Part shown: in pieces, positions 24,307 through 34,448 of the stretch | Layout: each line of letters begins with the position of its first letter | How positions within the stretch are numbered: position 1 is the stretch's first letter | Origin: an uncultured virus (IMG/VR IMGVR_UViG_3300037400_006954) | Lineage: Duplodnaviria; Heunggongvirae; Uroviricota; Caudoviricetes | Virus record (IMG/VR): IMGVR_UViG_3300037400_006954 | Length of the DNA: 64,000 nt | Strand: one strand, 5' to 3' | Notes under the pieces: model-generated | Told to the model about the DNA's origin: nothing | The model's database searches: none | Seen by the model: only the letters and a program-made list of their open reading frames with translations | Made by a program: the position numbers and the translations under genes

Positions 24307-24852
24307 TCAGAACGGGGCCGGGATGCAGGCCTCCTCCTTGCGGACGATGTTGCCGCCCTTGTCGATCTCCGCGATGAGGCGGATGATGACGCGCTTTCCG
24401 TTCACCGTGGGGTACCACTTGCCCATGGCGCGGCGTCCGAGTTCGGTGCTGGCCATCGCGTCGGCGATGCCCTTGATCTCGCGGAGGGCTTCGGTGTTGC
24501 TTCCGTCGTCCATCACGAAGATCTCGCTGAGCTCGGGGTTCTCCACCCCCTTTGCAGTCCATACGCCCTTGAGGATGGCGGAGGCGAGGCTCTTCGACCC
24601 CTCGATCGACTCGGCGTTGAGGAGCTGGATGAACACCTCGGCCTTGTCCATGGGCTCCACCTTGCGGATCGGGGTGTCGCGCCCGTCTCCGCGGATCGTC
24701 ATGCCCTCCTTGACGTCGTCGGTGGTGATGAACGTCTGCCCGGAGATGCGCTCGCGGCTCCCGACGTCACCGCTGTAGTAGACGCTGTTGAACGTCTTTC
24801 CGATGACGTCCACCTTGTTGTTGTTGATCTTTTCAATAACTACGGTTGTCAT
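24307..24852 (-). CDS. Hypothetical protein
   Basis: 181-aa ORF with strong GC3 codon bias, followed by a hairpin. Confidence 0.75.
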   Translation of the reverse strand: MTTVVIEKINNNKVDVIGKTFNSVYYSGDVGSRERISGQTFITTDDVKEGMTIRGDGRDTPIRKVEPMDKAEVFIQLLNAESIEGSKSLASAILKGVWTAKGVENPELSEIFVMDDGSNTEALREIKGIADAMASTELGRRAMGKWYPTVNGKRVIIRLIAEIDKGGNIVRKEEACIPAPF

Positions 24853-24949
24853 TTTCTATGACCTTTCGTTGATTTTTGCAAAATACAGAAACACAGAAAA
24901 ACAGATGTACCCGGCCGTTCCGCTAGCCGGGTCTATACAGGTTGCAGGG

Positions 24950-25630
24950 TCAGACGGTGGCCGCGGTGTCGCGGGCCTTGATCTGCTCGATGATGCCGTT
25001 CAGGTCTTCGGCGGTATATGGCGTTGCCTTGTAGAACCTGACCACGTGCTTTCCGTCCGCGCCCATCGAGATGACGAACGGATCCCTCTTGCCCTTCTTG
25101 AACTTGGCCCTGGCGTCGGACACCATCTTGGACAGCTTCTTCGACAGCTCGTCCACGCTCAGGTCCTTGTTTGCCGCGCTTACGACGCTGAGCACCGCGT
25201 CTACTTCGTCGGCGTTTACGAACTCCTCGAACTTCTTGTCGAGAATCCTGCCGTCCTTGCTGCGGACGCGGACGTAGCCGTTCTTGCTGGCTCCGAGCAG
25301 CTTGTACTGCCAGTCCAGCGAGTCGTCCATGTTCGCCAGTCCGGTCGTGAAGCGGTTGGAGCACATGGCGAACTGCGGCAGCAGACGGCCGCGGCCCACG
25401 AGCTCCAGGTTCCTCAGCGCATTGTCGGTCAGCGGGAAGCGTACCTTGAACGCCCTGCGGCCTTCCGCACCGTAGTAGTCTATGGCGGCGACATACGCCG
25501 TCCCCAGGCAGTAGTACTTCTTCGTTATCGAAGTGTACGCCTTGTCCGCGGCGTCCAGTATGTCCTGGAGCAACGGCTTGCTTGGCTTCTTCGAGGCTTT
25601 TGCCTTTACAGCCTTATTTGTATTACTCAT
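24950..25630 (-). CDS. Hypothetical protein
   Basis: ORF from MSNTNK. Confidence 0.7.
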   Translation of the reverse strand: MSNTNKAVKAKASKKPSKPLLQDILDAADKAYTSITKKYYCLGTAYVAAIDYYGAEGRRAFKVRFPLTDNALRNLELVGRGRLLPQFAMCSNRFTTGLANMDDSLDWQYKLLGASKNGYVRVRSKDGRILDKKFEEFVNADEVDAVLSVVSAANKDLSVDELSKKLSKMVSDARAKFKKGKRDPFVISMGADGKHVVRFYKATPYTAEDLNGIIEQIKARDTAATV

Positions 25631-25678
25631 TGTTGTGTTCTTCCTTTTGTTTCCGTACAACAGTTAAAATCGCGGGCT

Positions 25679-26026
25679 CTATCCCGCGATGATCTTGTCG
25701 GCATTGCTCGGCCGACACTTTGCGGGGTTACCTCTCAGATCACCCCATCTGTTCCATCTCAACAGTACCGCTTTTCTTGAGAGTTTCAGCTTCTTCGCCC
25801 ATTCCTCTGGGCTGTGGGACTCTCCCTCCCACTCTATTGGTTCTCCCTCGCGCCATTTGCGACGGCGCTTACTGTAGTGCCTCTTAGGTACATCAGAATC
25901 CCTGGCCGAGGATCCTATCTCAACTACCACCTCGTCCATTGAAACGCGGACGACAGTGGACTTGGCTCCAGCCTCCTTGATCATCTTTCCGAGCGCTGTA
26001 GCCATACTTTCTGATAGCATAATCAT
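25679..26026 (-). CDS. Hypothetical protein with C-terminal HTH-like module (IEWEGESHSPEEWAKKLKLSRKAVLLRW)
   Basis: C-terminal pattern typical of DNA-binding modules in phage homing endonucleases. Confidence 0.5.
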   Translation of the reverse strand: MIMLSESMATALGKMIKEAGAKSTVVRVSMDEVVVEIGSSARDSDVPKRHYSKRRRKWREGEPIEWEGESHSPEEWAKKLKLSRKAVLLRWNRWGDLRGNPAKCRPSNADKIIAG

Positions 26027-26184
26027 TTCTTGTTTCCTCCTGTTGCTGAATACAGCAACCCACCGACCACTAAACTAGCAAGCGGGTTGCTGATCGCCAT
26101 CCCAACTACTCCAAGTAACACAATCATCCTGGCCATAAACAGTTCTCCTTTAGTTATTATAACCACCGATAAGCCTGAATTAAG

Positions 26185-26214
26185 TTGACTTTTCGGAAAT
26201 AGACGTGGTATAAT
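26185..26214 (+). promoter_or_regulatory. Plus-strand sigma70 promoter
   Basis: TTGACT-N18-TATAAT with TG extended -10. Confidence 0.65.
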
Positions 26215-26267
26215 TACACGCCTATACGAAGGAGTCTGTTTCAGCCAAATAAACTAATGGAGCTTAC

Positions 26268-26495
26268 ATGAACGACATGGAAGACGAGACGAAGGAAAAA
26301 CCTTCCGAAAAGAGAAAGACCCGCAAGGAGCTGCAGGCCGAGGAAGACAGGAGAATACTCTACAACGCCGCGGTGCTGAGGGCGATGCCCGACAACATAG
26401 CGGAAGCTCTGGCCAAGTCCAAGTCCAAGCCCATCTGGTGCTCAGATATCAGATGGAAAATGGAACTTGCCAGGCGGAGAAGAAAGTATTTCTAG
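26268..26495 (+). CDS. Small hypothetical protein, the only credible plus-strand gene
   Basis: 75-aa ORF, GGAG RBS, own promoter, converges on the minus-strand gene ending at 26497. Confidence 0.65.
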   Translation: MNDMEDETKEKPSEKRKTRKELQAEEDRRILYNAAVLRAMPDNIAEALAKSKSKPIWCSDIRWKMELARRRRKYF

Positions 26496-26496
26496 C

Positions 26497-26856
26497 CTAC
26501 GGCCTTGTGTCGCCGTGCACGTCGAGCCTGCCGTCATGCGTAGGCAGACCTTCCATGACCTCCTGCGGAACCACTATTGGAGGAAGGTCGTTTTCAGCGG
26601 CCATTACACACGCGTTTATGTAGCGGTTCATGGCCTCGAACGGAATTACGTGGCTTCTGTCCTCTGTCCATGCCAGCCTGTGCTCCCTTATTACGTCTGC
26701 AAAATCCCTGTTTTCCTCCAGACATTCGTCTGCGGCGTGCTCGAGCTCCCCGATCACGAATATCTCGTAGTCGGGGTATCCCATCTTGGTTTCCTTTATG
26801 AAGACACCTGCGGAACCTAGGTGCTTCTTTACGCAGCTATAGCACGATTTCCTCAT
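26497..26856 (-). CDS. Hypothetical protein (N-terminal CxxCxxKH, GELEHAADE)
   Basis: 119-aa ORF with possible metal-binding residues. Confidence 0.65.
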   Translation of the reverse strand: MRKSCYSCVKKHLGSAGVFIKETKMGYPDYEIFVIGELEHAADECLEENRDFADVIREHRLAWTEDRSHVIPFEAMNRYINACVMAAENDLPPIVVPQEVMEGLPTHDGRLDVHGDTRP

Positions 26857-27119
26857 TTCCTTCTAAGCTCCTTCTCGCAGTACTCGCACCACAGCCTTCC
26901 CAGTTCCGTATACGGAACCATGGAAAGGCTCATCATGTCGTCAGGACCTTCGAACCTCGCCACCACCTTGTAGTCCCTCCCCTCGGTTGGAAGCATCCTC
27001 GCAAGCGTTGCGTACAGGACCCCGAGCTTGTACAGCTGTATGGGTGTGTAGCTGGACGCCTGGTCTGCTATTCGGCCTTTTTCCTGGGACTCCTGCACCT
27101 GCATCTCGTCGACTTGCAT
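26853..27119 (-). CDS. Hypothetical protein
   Basis: 88-aa ORF whose stop overlaps the next start. Confidence 0.55.
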   Translation of the reverse strand: MQVDEMQVQESQEKGRIADQASSYTPIQLYKLGVLYATLARMLPTEGRDYKVVARFEGPDDMMSLSMVPYTELGRLWCEYCEKELRRK

Positions 27120-27583
27120 TTGGCTACCTCCGCTGGCTTGCTTCCATCGGGCTTGTCCTCTTTCTTGCCGACGTCGGCCTTGGCCTCCGTGTTGGAACCG
27201 CCGTCTCCGGAACCGGCGGTGTCTACGTCTACGCCTCTCTGGCTTGCTACGTTCACAAGCGCCTCGTATGTGCTCTTAAGCGACTTGCGTTCCTCGTCGC
27301 TTGCCTGTATCTCTATCTTCACTATGCCGAAAAGCGACAGCATCTCGGCTAGCGGAGTCTGGGCCATTATGGAAAACGCCATCATGGCGGCAGGCATGTC
27401 GCAGAAATACGTAACCTCGGGAACGGTCTTGGTGGCGAGCGCCACCTCTACCTTCTTTATGGATATGGTCATTATCCCGGCGCGCTGCATAAGCGGCACG
27501 AATATGGTCTCGGCCGCGTTCTTGTACTCTGCCGACATTACCGACCTTATCGTGGCCGGATCCCTGTATACGTTTGCTGTCAT
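27068..27583 (-). CDS. Hypothetical protein
   Basis: ORF from MTANVY (ATGA overlap). Confidence 0.6.
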   Translation of the reverse strand: MTANVYRDPATIRSVMSAEYKNAAETIFVPLMQRAGIMTISIKKVEVALATKTVPEVTYFCDMPAAMMAFSIMAQTPLAEMLSLFGIVKIEIQASDEERKSLKSTYEALVNVASQRGVDVDTAGSGDGGSNTEAKADVGKKEDKPDGSKPAEVAKCKSTRCRCRSPRKKAE

Positions 27584-28023
27584 TGCGAATCCTCTTGTAA
27601 GAGCCTGTCCTCTACTGACTTCAGGTAGGCCCTGTCGTTTATGTTCACGACGTCGTCCCTGTGCAGCATGACGTAGTCGTACTGCCATTGCCTGTTCTTC
27701 ATCAGCCAGGTGATGAACCATATGGTTCCCTTGTGCGCCGAGTTCCTTCCGAACTTGTGGCACGACGGACACAGCAGTATGCCGTTCATCGGGTCGTACC
27801 TTAGCGCGGCGCACGTGGCCCTTGGCTCTATGTGGTGTGCGTTCATGTAGGAAGGCTTTCCGGTCTTGGGGTCTACCTCTCCGTGCACCTTCCCGCATAT
27901 TGCGCATCTACCGCCATGCATGGCGTGGACTTTCGCCGTCCACAGCTTCATGAGACGACGCCTTATCTTCGGCAGCGACTCAAGCTTGGCCTTCTTCGGC
28001 CTTGACTTAGTTTTCTTCCGCAT
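27580..28023 (-). CDS. HNH endonuclease (NinG-like)
   Basis: CAICG...NAHHIEPR...LRYDPMNGILLCPSCH...AH. Confidence 0.85.
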   Translation of the reverse strand: MRKKTKSRPKKAKLESLPKIRRRLMKLWTAKVHAMHGGRCAICGKVHGEVDPKTGKPSYMNAHHIEPRATCAALRYDPMNGILLCPSCHKFGRNSAHKGTIWFITWLMKNRQWQYDYVMLHRDDVVNINDRAYLKSVEDRLLQEDSQ

Positions 28024-28041
28024 GCCGATATTTTACCACAC

Positions 28042-28350
28042 TTACCTTTCGATTACAAGTGGGGTAAGCTTGGCAATCACGAGTTTCTCGCCCGGGTTCA
28101 GCTTGTACCCCGGCATGACTATCCCGCCGACCAGGGCGATGCTGTACATGTTCGCGTCGAGGATGCCTTCGGTCTTTGGCTCCGCGGTCTTGCGGCGCCT
28201 CTTCCTCTCCGGCTTTGCCTCCGGCGTCGCGGCCTCTGGCTTTGCCGGCGCTTCGGCTGGCGCCGGAGCCGCAGGTTCGGCCTTGCTCTTGCGCATCCTG
28301 ACGCCGGGGAACATCTCCTCTATGACGCTGTTCACTCCTTTGTTGCTCAT
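28042..28350 (-). CDS. Hypothetical protein
   Basis: ORF from MSNKGV. Confidence 0.6.
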   Translation of the reverse strand: MSNKGVNSVIEEMFPGVRMRKSKAEPAAPAPAEAPAKPEAATPEAKPERKRRRKTAEPKTEGILDANMYSIALVGGIVMPGYKLNPGEKLVIAKLTPLVIER

Positions 28351-29726
28351 TCTCTCAGCTCCTTTTCTATCTCCTCTATCTTTGCGTTTATAGCCTCGGC
28401 CTCGGATATGAAGCCGGACTCCATCTTCCTGCGGTACTTCCTTCTCAGGACCTCGGCCCTGCGCATGAGCGCGGCGCGCTTCTTGAAGGCGGCGTTGCGG
28501 CGTGCCGCGGAAGTCACAGACTTCAGCGCATAGGTAGTGGCCTGCCTGCCGACTTCTATGCACCTATTCATGAAGTGCACGTAGTCTACCCACTCCTTGA
28601 TCTCGGGAATGCCTGACTGCTCGGCGTCCCTGAGGCTCATCTTCGGCTTCCTGGACCTAGGCCGCCGTACGACCCCTTCGGCCTTGTCGTTCACCCTGAT
28701 GCAGCACGGACACGGAAGCTGCGGTGTCACGGACAGCCCCTTCAGGAAGTCGTCCGACCCCAGCCACTCCTCCACCAGCATTGTGCACGGCCCGGAGCCT
28801 ACCTCGCCCCTTGCAGACCTAGCGGCCTCGAGAAGCTTCCCGAAGTCGGACATGGGCTGCAGGTCCCCGCACGGAACCGCGCAGTGCAGCTCGCCGCGGA
28901 CCTCCGTGCGCTCGGCGTGGGCTATGTAGTCCACGCACTCCCATCCAGCCAGCGCCACCAGCGTGGGAAGGCACGACCACTTGTTGACCTCTTTCCATGT
29001 AGCGTGGCCGTCCTTGGCGGCATGCGCCGGATGGGCCTCTATGCCCACCGACCCAAGCACGACGGCCACGGTCTCGTTGAGTACCATCCCGGCGGAACCT
29101 ATGGGCTCGACCATCACGGGCGAGCGCAGGTCCGTCGACACGGCGACGTCTATACCGTACAGGGAGAACGAGTCGACGGCGCCGGAGCCAGGCCTCACGT
29201 TCACCTTGAGGCCGTACAGCCTCGCTATGAACAGCTTGACAAGGCAGTTCAGGAACGCGTCCGACAGCTGCCCGAACGTATATTCGTCGGACCTGTCGGA
29301 CATCTGGTACCTGTGGGCGAGTATGTGCGCGCCCTGCAGCATCCTTATGTCGTCGTTCATCATGTCCAGGATGTACCTGCCCTTCGGCCTCAGGTAGTGC
29401 ACCCCGTCGGGCTTGCCGACCATTCCAAGCGCCTCCTTGGTCTTCTCCCACTCGGCGTTTATCGACCTGAGCGGAGACAGGTCCTTGGGCCTCTTGGGAA
29501 CCAGCGACACGGACTTCGGCATGGCCAGGAACACCGAGTCCCAGATGGCCATGCCGGAATCCGCTATGCCGCTGCGCTCGTACGGGTCGTCTACTATCGG
29601 GCATTCGGCGTTGACCCTGGATATGTAACTTATGGACACGTCGGGGACGTCAGGAAAGAACTCTATGGACTCGGCCACGGAGACCCTGTCCTTCATGAAC
29701 TCCCTAAGGTCGTCTGCTCTTTTCAT
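28347..29726 (-). CDS. Hypothetical protein
   Basis: 459-aa ORF. Confidence 0.75.
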   Translation of the reverse strand: MKRADDLREFMKDRVSVAESIEFFPDVPDVSISYISRVNAECPIVDDPYERSGIADSGMAIWDSVFLAMPKSVSLVPKRPKDLSPLRSINAEWEKTKEALGMVGKPDGVHYLRPKGRYILDMMNDDIRMLQGAHILAHRYQMSDRSDEYTFGQLSDAFLNCLVKLFIARLYGLKVNVRPGSGAVDSFSLYGIDVAVSTDLRSPVMVEPIGSAGMVLNETVAVVLGSVGIEAHPAHAAKDGHATWKEVNKWSCLPTLVALAGWECVDYIAHAERTEVRGELHCAVPCGDLQPMSDFGKLLEAARSARGEVGSGPCTMLVEEWLGSDDFLKGLSVTPQLPCPCCIRVNDKAEGVVRRPRSRKPKMSLRDAEQSGIPEIKEWVDYVHFMNRCIEVGRQATTYALKSVTSAARRNAAFKKRAALMRRAEVLRRKYRRKMESGFISEAEAINAKIEEIEKELRE

Positions 29727-30267
29727 CTCTAAGCGCCTCCACCTCGACGGGTATCGACTTCACGATTCCCGGCGAACACGCGGGGCACTCCCTGACGTGC
29801 ACTACGTCGTACGGCTTTATCAGCATGCCCATCTGGAGCCCGGGAGGTATTCTCGTCACGATCGCCCTGCACTTGTTGCAGTACACGAACGCCATGCCGC
29901 CGTACTTCTTGCGGCATTCCGGGCACAGGTCGCTGTCGCGCGTCTTTATCGGCTCGTCGTCGAACACGTTCTGGCACATCGAGCATTTCACCTTCCCGGC
30001 CGGAACCGGCACGGCCAGGTCCTGGCTTTGCTGTTCACTCATTTTTGCGTCCTCCTTGCTGTTGTCCTCTTTCCTTACGTTAACCGCAATGCATACGGCT
30101 AACACTATTACCAGCACCAGCATGAGCAGAGACGCCACGATGCATCCCAGGCCGGTGTCTTCAGGATCGGCTGCGGAACCGCCTCCCTTCGGGAAATGGT
30201 GGAACAGCCATTCCTGTCCCTTTGGGCACGTAGCGTCGTGCGCCACCGCTATAGGTATGACGCTCAT
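29704..30267 (-). CDS. Membrane-anchored zinc-finger protein (four CxxC pairs); start uncertain
   Basis: CSMC, CPEC, CNKC, CPAC; hydrophobic segment upstream; alternative start at 30042. Confidence 0.6.
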   Translation of the reverse strand: MSVIPIAVAHDATCPKGQEWLFHHFPKGGGSAADPEDTGLGCIVASLLMLVLVIVLAVCIAVNVRKEDNSKEDAKMSEQQSQDLAVPVPAGKVKCSMCQNVFDDEPIKTRDSDLCPECRKKYGGMAFVYCNKCRAIVTRIPPGLQMGMLIKPYDVVHVRECPACSPGIVKSIPVEVEALRDEKSRRP

Positions 30268-30482
30268 TCCGCCTCCTTCTGCCCGTCCATGAGCATCATG
30301 GTCTCCTTGATCTCGAACTCTATGTCCTTGATCTCGTCGCCCATCTTCTTCATCATGGCCTTCCTGGACCTCTTGGCTTCGTCGAGCTTCCTGGTGAGCT
30401 CCACGAGCCTGTTCTTGAGCTCGTCTTCGCTCTGGCTTACGGAGTCCATTTCGGTCGCGTTGTCTCTTACGGCTATTGGCAT
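30264..30482 (-). CDS. Small coiled-coil protein
   Basis: ORF from MPIAV. Confidence 0.6.
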   Translation of the reverse strand: MPIAVRDNATEMDSVSQSEDELKNRLVELTRKLDEAKRSRKAMMKKMGDEIKDIEFEIKETMMLMDGQKEAE

Positions 30483-30976
30483 GTGCTTTCTCCTTGCTGC
30501 CTTCTTGAGAAGGACTTTACAAGCCTGACGGGGTCCTGCTCCCACAGTTCGACTCCGTCCTTGTTCGCTATGTACCTTATTCCAGGCCGGATGACCAGCT
30601 GCCCAAGCGGGGAGAACATCAGGCCGTTGCCCTTGATGTAGGCGGTCATGCCCTGCTTACCCTTGACCCTGCAGAACAGGATCCCGGACCTCTGGTCCTC
30701 CAGCAGCGAGTCCACGGCCTCCTTTTCGCCGGACACGGTCCTGGCGTCCACGAAGTCCAGCGCCTTTGCGTCTGAGTACGTCTCCCTGAAGATGTGCACG
30801 GCCCTGTCGAAGGTCGTCTCGTCCTCGTCGTAGTCTATCCCGTAGGACCGGCACAGCCTGCCTATGTCCTTTACGCACGCGTCGAGTCCCTTCATGATCC
30901 TCGACGCAGCCATGGACTCGGCGGACATGTCCTGCGCCTCCGCCGCGCCCATGGCTATCCTCTCCCTCCAGTTCAT
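30473..30976 (-). CDS. Hypothetical protein
   Basis: 167-aa ORF. Confidence 0.65.
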   Translation of the reverse strand: MNWRERIAMGAAEAQDMSAESMAASRIMKGLDACVKDIGRLCRSYGIDYDEDETTFDRAVHIFRETYSDAKALDFVDARTVSGEKEAVDSLLEDQRSGILFCRVKGKQGMTAYIKGNGLMFSPLGQLVIRPGIRYIANKDGVELWEQDPVRLVKSFSRRQQGESTCQ

Positions 30977-31305
30977 TCTGAATCTCCTTTCTCGGAAATT
31001 ATAACATAATCCTTGCTAAACATAGCCATGGTTGGATACCTGTATGCGAATCCGCTGTCCGCGACCAGTATGTCGCCCGGCATCGCGAACTTATGGGAAT
31101 ATCGGCCGTTATACCTCACCCGCCAGCTGAACGAGGATGTCCTGGAATCGTAGCAGATCTCCTCGATAGGCACGTTTCCCGCGGTAAGCACCTCGGTGGC
31201 TTCCGGAATGCTGTCCGCATCGTCCGTTACGAACGCACCGAGTATTCTCGGCTCCTCGAGGGTGTTCCCGAGCAGCATGCTCCTTCGCCTGAGGTTCATT
31301 ATCAT
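30973..31305 (-). CDS. Hypothetical protein
   Basis: 110-aa ORF. Confidence 0.6.
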   Translation of the reverse strand: MIMNLRRRSMLLGNTLEEPRILGAFVTDDADSIPEATEVLTAGNVPIEEICYDSRTSSFSWRVRYNGRYSHKFAMPGDILVADSGFAYRYPTMAMFSKDYVIISEKGDSE

Positions 31306-31308
31306 GGA

Positions 31309-31917
31309 TCACCTCAGCGACACGTTGTTGTACCTGTCGAGAAGTATGCTCATGGCGGACAGCCTGGACATGAGGACTGTATGCGTCTTCTTCTCGTTCG
31401 GCTCCGGCTCTCCGGCGATCTCGTCGAGCGTATTGCATCCGCATGCGGCCAGGGCGTCGTCCAGGCAAAGGCTCCTCGTGGCGTTGTCCACTTCCGGATA
31501 CCACCCCTGCAGGAACGCCCGCTCGAGCGAAAAGCCCACCGGCTTGGTCCACTTGTCGTTCAGCTTTCGCATCCATCTCGTGGGGCCCTTTATGCCCCTT
31601 CGGAAGGCGGTGGCGCATACCGAGGGCACCAGCACCTGGTCTATGTACCAGCCTACGCACGGCTCGTCGCCCCTGAGGTTCGGCTCGAGGTCGTTTGACG
31701 AGGTCGGAACCCCGTCTATGTACCTGCAGAACCTGTCCAGGTAATCGGGGTCGTCCTCTCCGTCGAACACCCTTGCCTCGCCGTCCGAGGTGATGGTCAT
31801 CAGCACCTGCGGCTCCAGCTTGAACGGAGGTACGTCCCTGATTCCCGTGCAGTCCGCCGACGCCGCGAAGAACAGTCCGTCCGTGGACCTGAACAGCGCG
31901 TCTACGTATACTAACAT
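31309..31917 (-). CDS. Hypothetical protein, possibly degenerate 3'-5' exonuclease fold
   Basis: MLVYVDA...VGWYIDQ...SLCLDDALAACG. Confidence 0.45.
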   Translation of the reverse strand: MLVYVDALFRSTDGLFFAASADCTGIRDVPPFKLEPQVLMTITSDGEARVFDGEDDPDYLDRFCRYIDGVPTSSNDLEPNLRGDEPCVGWYIDQVLVPSVCATAFRRGIKGPTRWMRKLNDKWTKPVGFSLERAFLQGWYPEVDNATRSLCLDDALAACGCNTLDEIAGEPEPNEKKTHTVLMSRLSAMSILLDRYNNVSLR

Positions 31918-32275
31918 ACGGCACTCCTTTCGTTTCTATTGCATTCACTCGTCCTGGTCTTCGACTTCTTCTTCTTCTTTGTCGTCGTCCATGGGGAGCC
32001 TTCTTTCGCAGGTGCAGTTGTCGCGGCACCTGCCGTGGTCGTTCCAGCGGCAGTGCCTCTCGTCGCACCTGTCGTAGCACGGCATGTCACCGTAGGCGTC
32101 ATACCCTCCCATTGCTGTCCTCCGGCATCGCCCTGGAGTCGATCCACGAGAATATGGCGAACGCGAACGGCACAAACGGCGCCACGACGCATCCGACCAC
32201 GAACGCGGCCGTGCAGTACGACACCCTCTTTACAATACGGCACATCTGTAACTCCTTTCTGTGTTTGAACTTCAT

Positions 32276-32827
32276 TTAGTGGCCGCCGCCGCACCCTGGA
32301 CCACATGATCCTGTGCAGCCCGGCTCAACAACGGACTCCGATACCGGCGGGATGCATCTGTCATCGTCGCGTTCTGCGTTTTCGCGCTGGTATGGTTCAG
32401 TAACGGCGTCGCACGCGGGTTCCCCGCACGCTCTGCCTACAGGTATTCCAAGGGCTTCGCTTATCTCGCGAAGTGCGTCCGCCAGCCTTGGCGCCTCGGA
32501 ATCCCCAGGATCGCATGCGGCCTCCGGATCGGATTCCCGTACGGAACCTGAAGACCTGCAGCACGGACTCTCCGCCTCTTCGCAGAGCGAGCTTGCCTCT
32601 TCGCGCGGAACCCTGACTATGACCGGATCTGCTCCAAGCGCGGCCTCTATGCCTCGGTTCCAGCCGGCGTCCGTAGGCGGCACCGGGTGTGCTGAGAACG
32701 TACGCGGGCGCGGCGTATACCACGGCATCCTACCCTGGTCGTTCACGCATTCTATGCATTTGCTGGAATATGCAAAACCGGATGGCCTGTAGTGTATGCA
32801 TTTCTTGCAATTTTCTAGGTTTATCAT
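32276..32827 (-). CDS. Cys-rich hypothetical protein
   Basis: CKKC, CIEC; AGGAG RBS. Confidence 0.6.
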   Translation of the reverse strand: MINLENCKKCIHYRPSGFAYSSKCIECVNDQGRMPWYTPRPRTFSAHPVPPTDAGWNRGIEAALGADPVIVRVPREEASSLCEEAESPCCRSSGSVRESDPEAACDPGDSEAPRLADALREISEALGIPVGRACGEPACDAVTEPYQRENAERDDDRCIPPVSESVVEPGCTGSCGPGCGGGH

Positions 32828-32845
32828 TGTTTTCGTTTCCTCCTG

Positions 32846-33286
32846 TTAGCAGTTGTCTGCAAATCCACCTGTGTACGGGTCAAGCCCATAGGCCTCCATC
32901 ATCATGACGTCCCCGTCAGGGTCAATCGGGTCGTAGTCTGGGTCTTCGCTGTGGTACGCGATGGACTCGACGCGCCTGTTGTGCATGAGGCAGTCGTACT
33001 TCGGCCTGTTGTCCCTTATGAACAGGAACAGCGACTGCCGTGTCTGCTCGTCGGGAAGCTTTATGCCCAGCTCGCGCGCTATGGCCGTTGCAAACTTTAT
33101 CTGCTTGTCCGTCGCGGGCCTCTTGGGCTTTGTGCGCAGGCCTCTGCCGCACACACGTACGGCGGGCTTGCCCTGCCTGGGCTTTGGCTGCTCTCCCTTG
33201 AGGTTGCCGAGATACGGGCCGAAGTCCCCGCACCTGATGTCGTCGGGATCGTCCTCGTCCCATGCCGCCGTAAACGGTACGCTCAT
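32846..33286 (-). CDS. Hypothetical protein
   Basis: PATDKQIKFATAIARELGI helical motif common in phage proteins. Confidence 0.6.
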   Translation of the reverse strand: MSVPFTAAWDEDDPDDIRCGDFGPYLGNLKGEQPKPRQGKPAVRVCGRGLRTKPKRPATDKQIKFATAIARELGIKLPDEQTRQSLFLFIRDNRPKYDCLMHNRRVESIAYHSEDPDYDPIDPDGDVMMMEAYGLDPYTGGFADNC

Positions 33287-33837
33287 TTCGCCTCCTCGTC
33301 CACCCTTGCGGCATACCAGTCTGCGGAGACCGTGGCCAGGATGAAGCTTCCTTGCGAACTCAGGGCGGAATCGAATTCCTTGTCGGTGTATTCCTTCCCT
33401 ACTCCGTATACGCCCATGTGGTATGTTATCGCGGCTATCTCCTCGGTCTTGAGTCGTATGCCCAGCTCAGTTGCCAGCGCCACGGAGCATGCCCCGTGTC
33501 CCGGGTAGATGGGCTGGACGTACTCCCAGATAGGGCCGTTGGTGTCGAAGTCCTTTAGCTTGTAGCACTTGCACTTCACGAGGTCGTGCAGCATTCCGAC
33601 AAGGTACGGGGACTCCTTTCGGGGCCACTTCACGCCAAGTGTCTTGGACAGGCTTACCAGCCTCTTGGTCACGTTTATGCTGTGCCTGGCCAGCCCTCCG
33701 AGGAACCTGAGATGGTGGCCTTTGCTGGCCGGATTGTCGAAATACTTTATCATGTCTAGGGACTTAACCTGGTTCCTGGTCAGTCCGGCCTTCTTGAGCA
33801 TGTCCATAGCCTCACGTGTTGTCTTGTCTTTTACCAT
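33283..33837 (-). CDS. HD-domain phosphohydrolase
   Basis: PAS..HH...GGLARHS.NV, LHDLVK, GHG, AITYHMG, AD. Confidence 0.9.
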   Translation of the reverse strand: MVKDKTTREAMDMLKKAGLTRNQVKSLDMIKYFDNPASKGHHLRFLGGLARHSINVTKRLVSLSKTLGVKWPRKESPYLVGMLHDLVKCKCYKLKDFDTNGPIWEYVQPIYPGHGACSVALATELGIRLKTEEIAAITYHMGVYGVGKEYTDKEFDSALSSQGSFILATVSADWYAARVDEEAK

Positions 33838-34015
33838 GCTGTCCTCCTTTCTTTTTGTGTCCTATGTGCCACCATCCGCAGTCCATGCAGAAGTATGGCT
33901 CTTGCCGGTCGTCGAACTTGCGGAGCACCCACTTCGCATATCTCTTTGCGTTCTTTTCGCTTCCGAACCTGCGTTTGCCGACGCAGCCGTTTACGTATCT
34001 CTTCAGGTTTGACAT
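33812..34015 (-). CDS. Small zinc-binding protein
   Basis: C.GKRRF....A...PYFCMDCGWWHIGH. Confidence 0.65.
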   Translation of the reverse strand: MSNLKRYVNGCVGKRRFGSEKNAKRYAKWVLRKFDDRQEPYFCMDCGWWHIGHKKKGGQHGKRQDNT

Positions 34016-34440
34016 GTATCGGCCCTCTTCGGAGCGTCAAGCCCCGGAAGCGTCATCTGGCGCAGTTCGGCTCCGTCCCTCTTCTCCAGGACGATGTCGA
34101 GGTTTGCCTTGAGCGCCTCGAGAAGCTCCCTCCTGGCGCCTCGGCTGTTTTCCCAGCCTTCCAGCATGTATATCGTGTCGCAGCTCCTGACCGCCGACTT
34201 GCACGCCTCCATGACGCACTCCGCGAGTTCCTTGGAGGGGTTCGGACCTCCGTACAGTACGTTGCCGTAGTACGTCCTGAACGACGCGTTCACGTCGCTC
34301 ATGCTGCCGAACGTCTTTGTGACCTCGAGGGGGTTTACGGCCGTGTGTCCCTCTTTTCTGAACTTTTCCGCAGCCGACTCGAAAGCCTTCGCGTTGTTGT
34401 CCTTGAATCCGGTCATTGGACCGCTTATGAATATCCTCAT
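34003..34440 (-). CDS. DUF4406-like (nucleoside deoxyribosyltransferase-like) protein
   Basis: MRIFISGPMTG...N...F...NP...CDTIYMLEGWENSRGARRE. Confidence 0.85.
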   Translation of the reverse strand: MRIFISGPMTGFKDNNAKAFESAAEKFRKEGHTAVNPLEVTKTFGSMSDVNASFRTYYGNVLYGGPNPSKELAECVMEACKSAVRSCDTIYMLEGWENSRGARRELLEALKANLDIVLEKRDGAELRQMTLPGLDAPKRADTCQT

Positions 34441-34448
34441 ATAACCTC

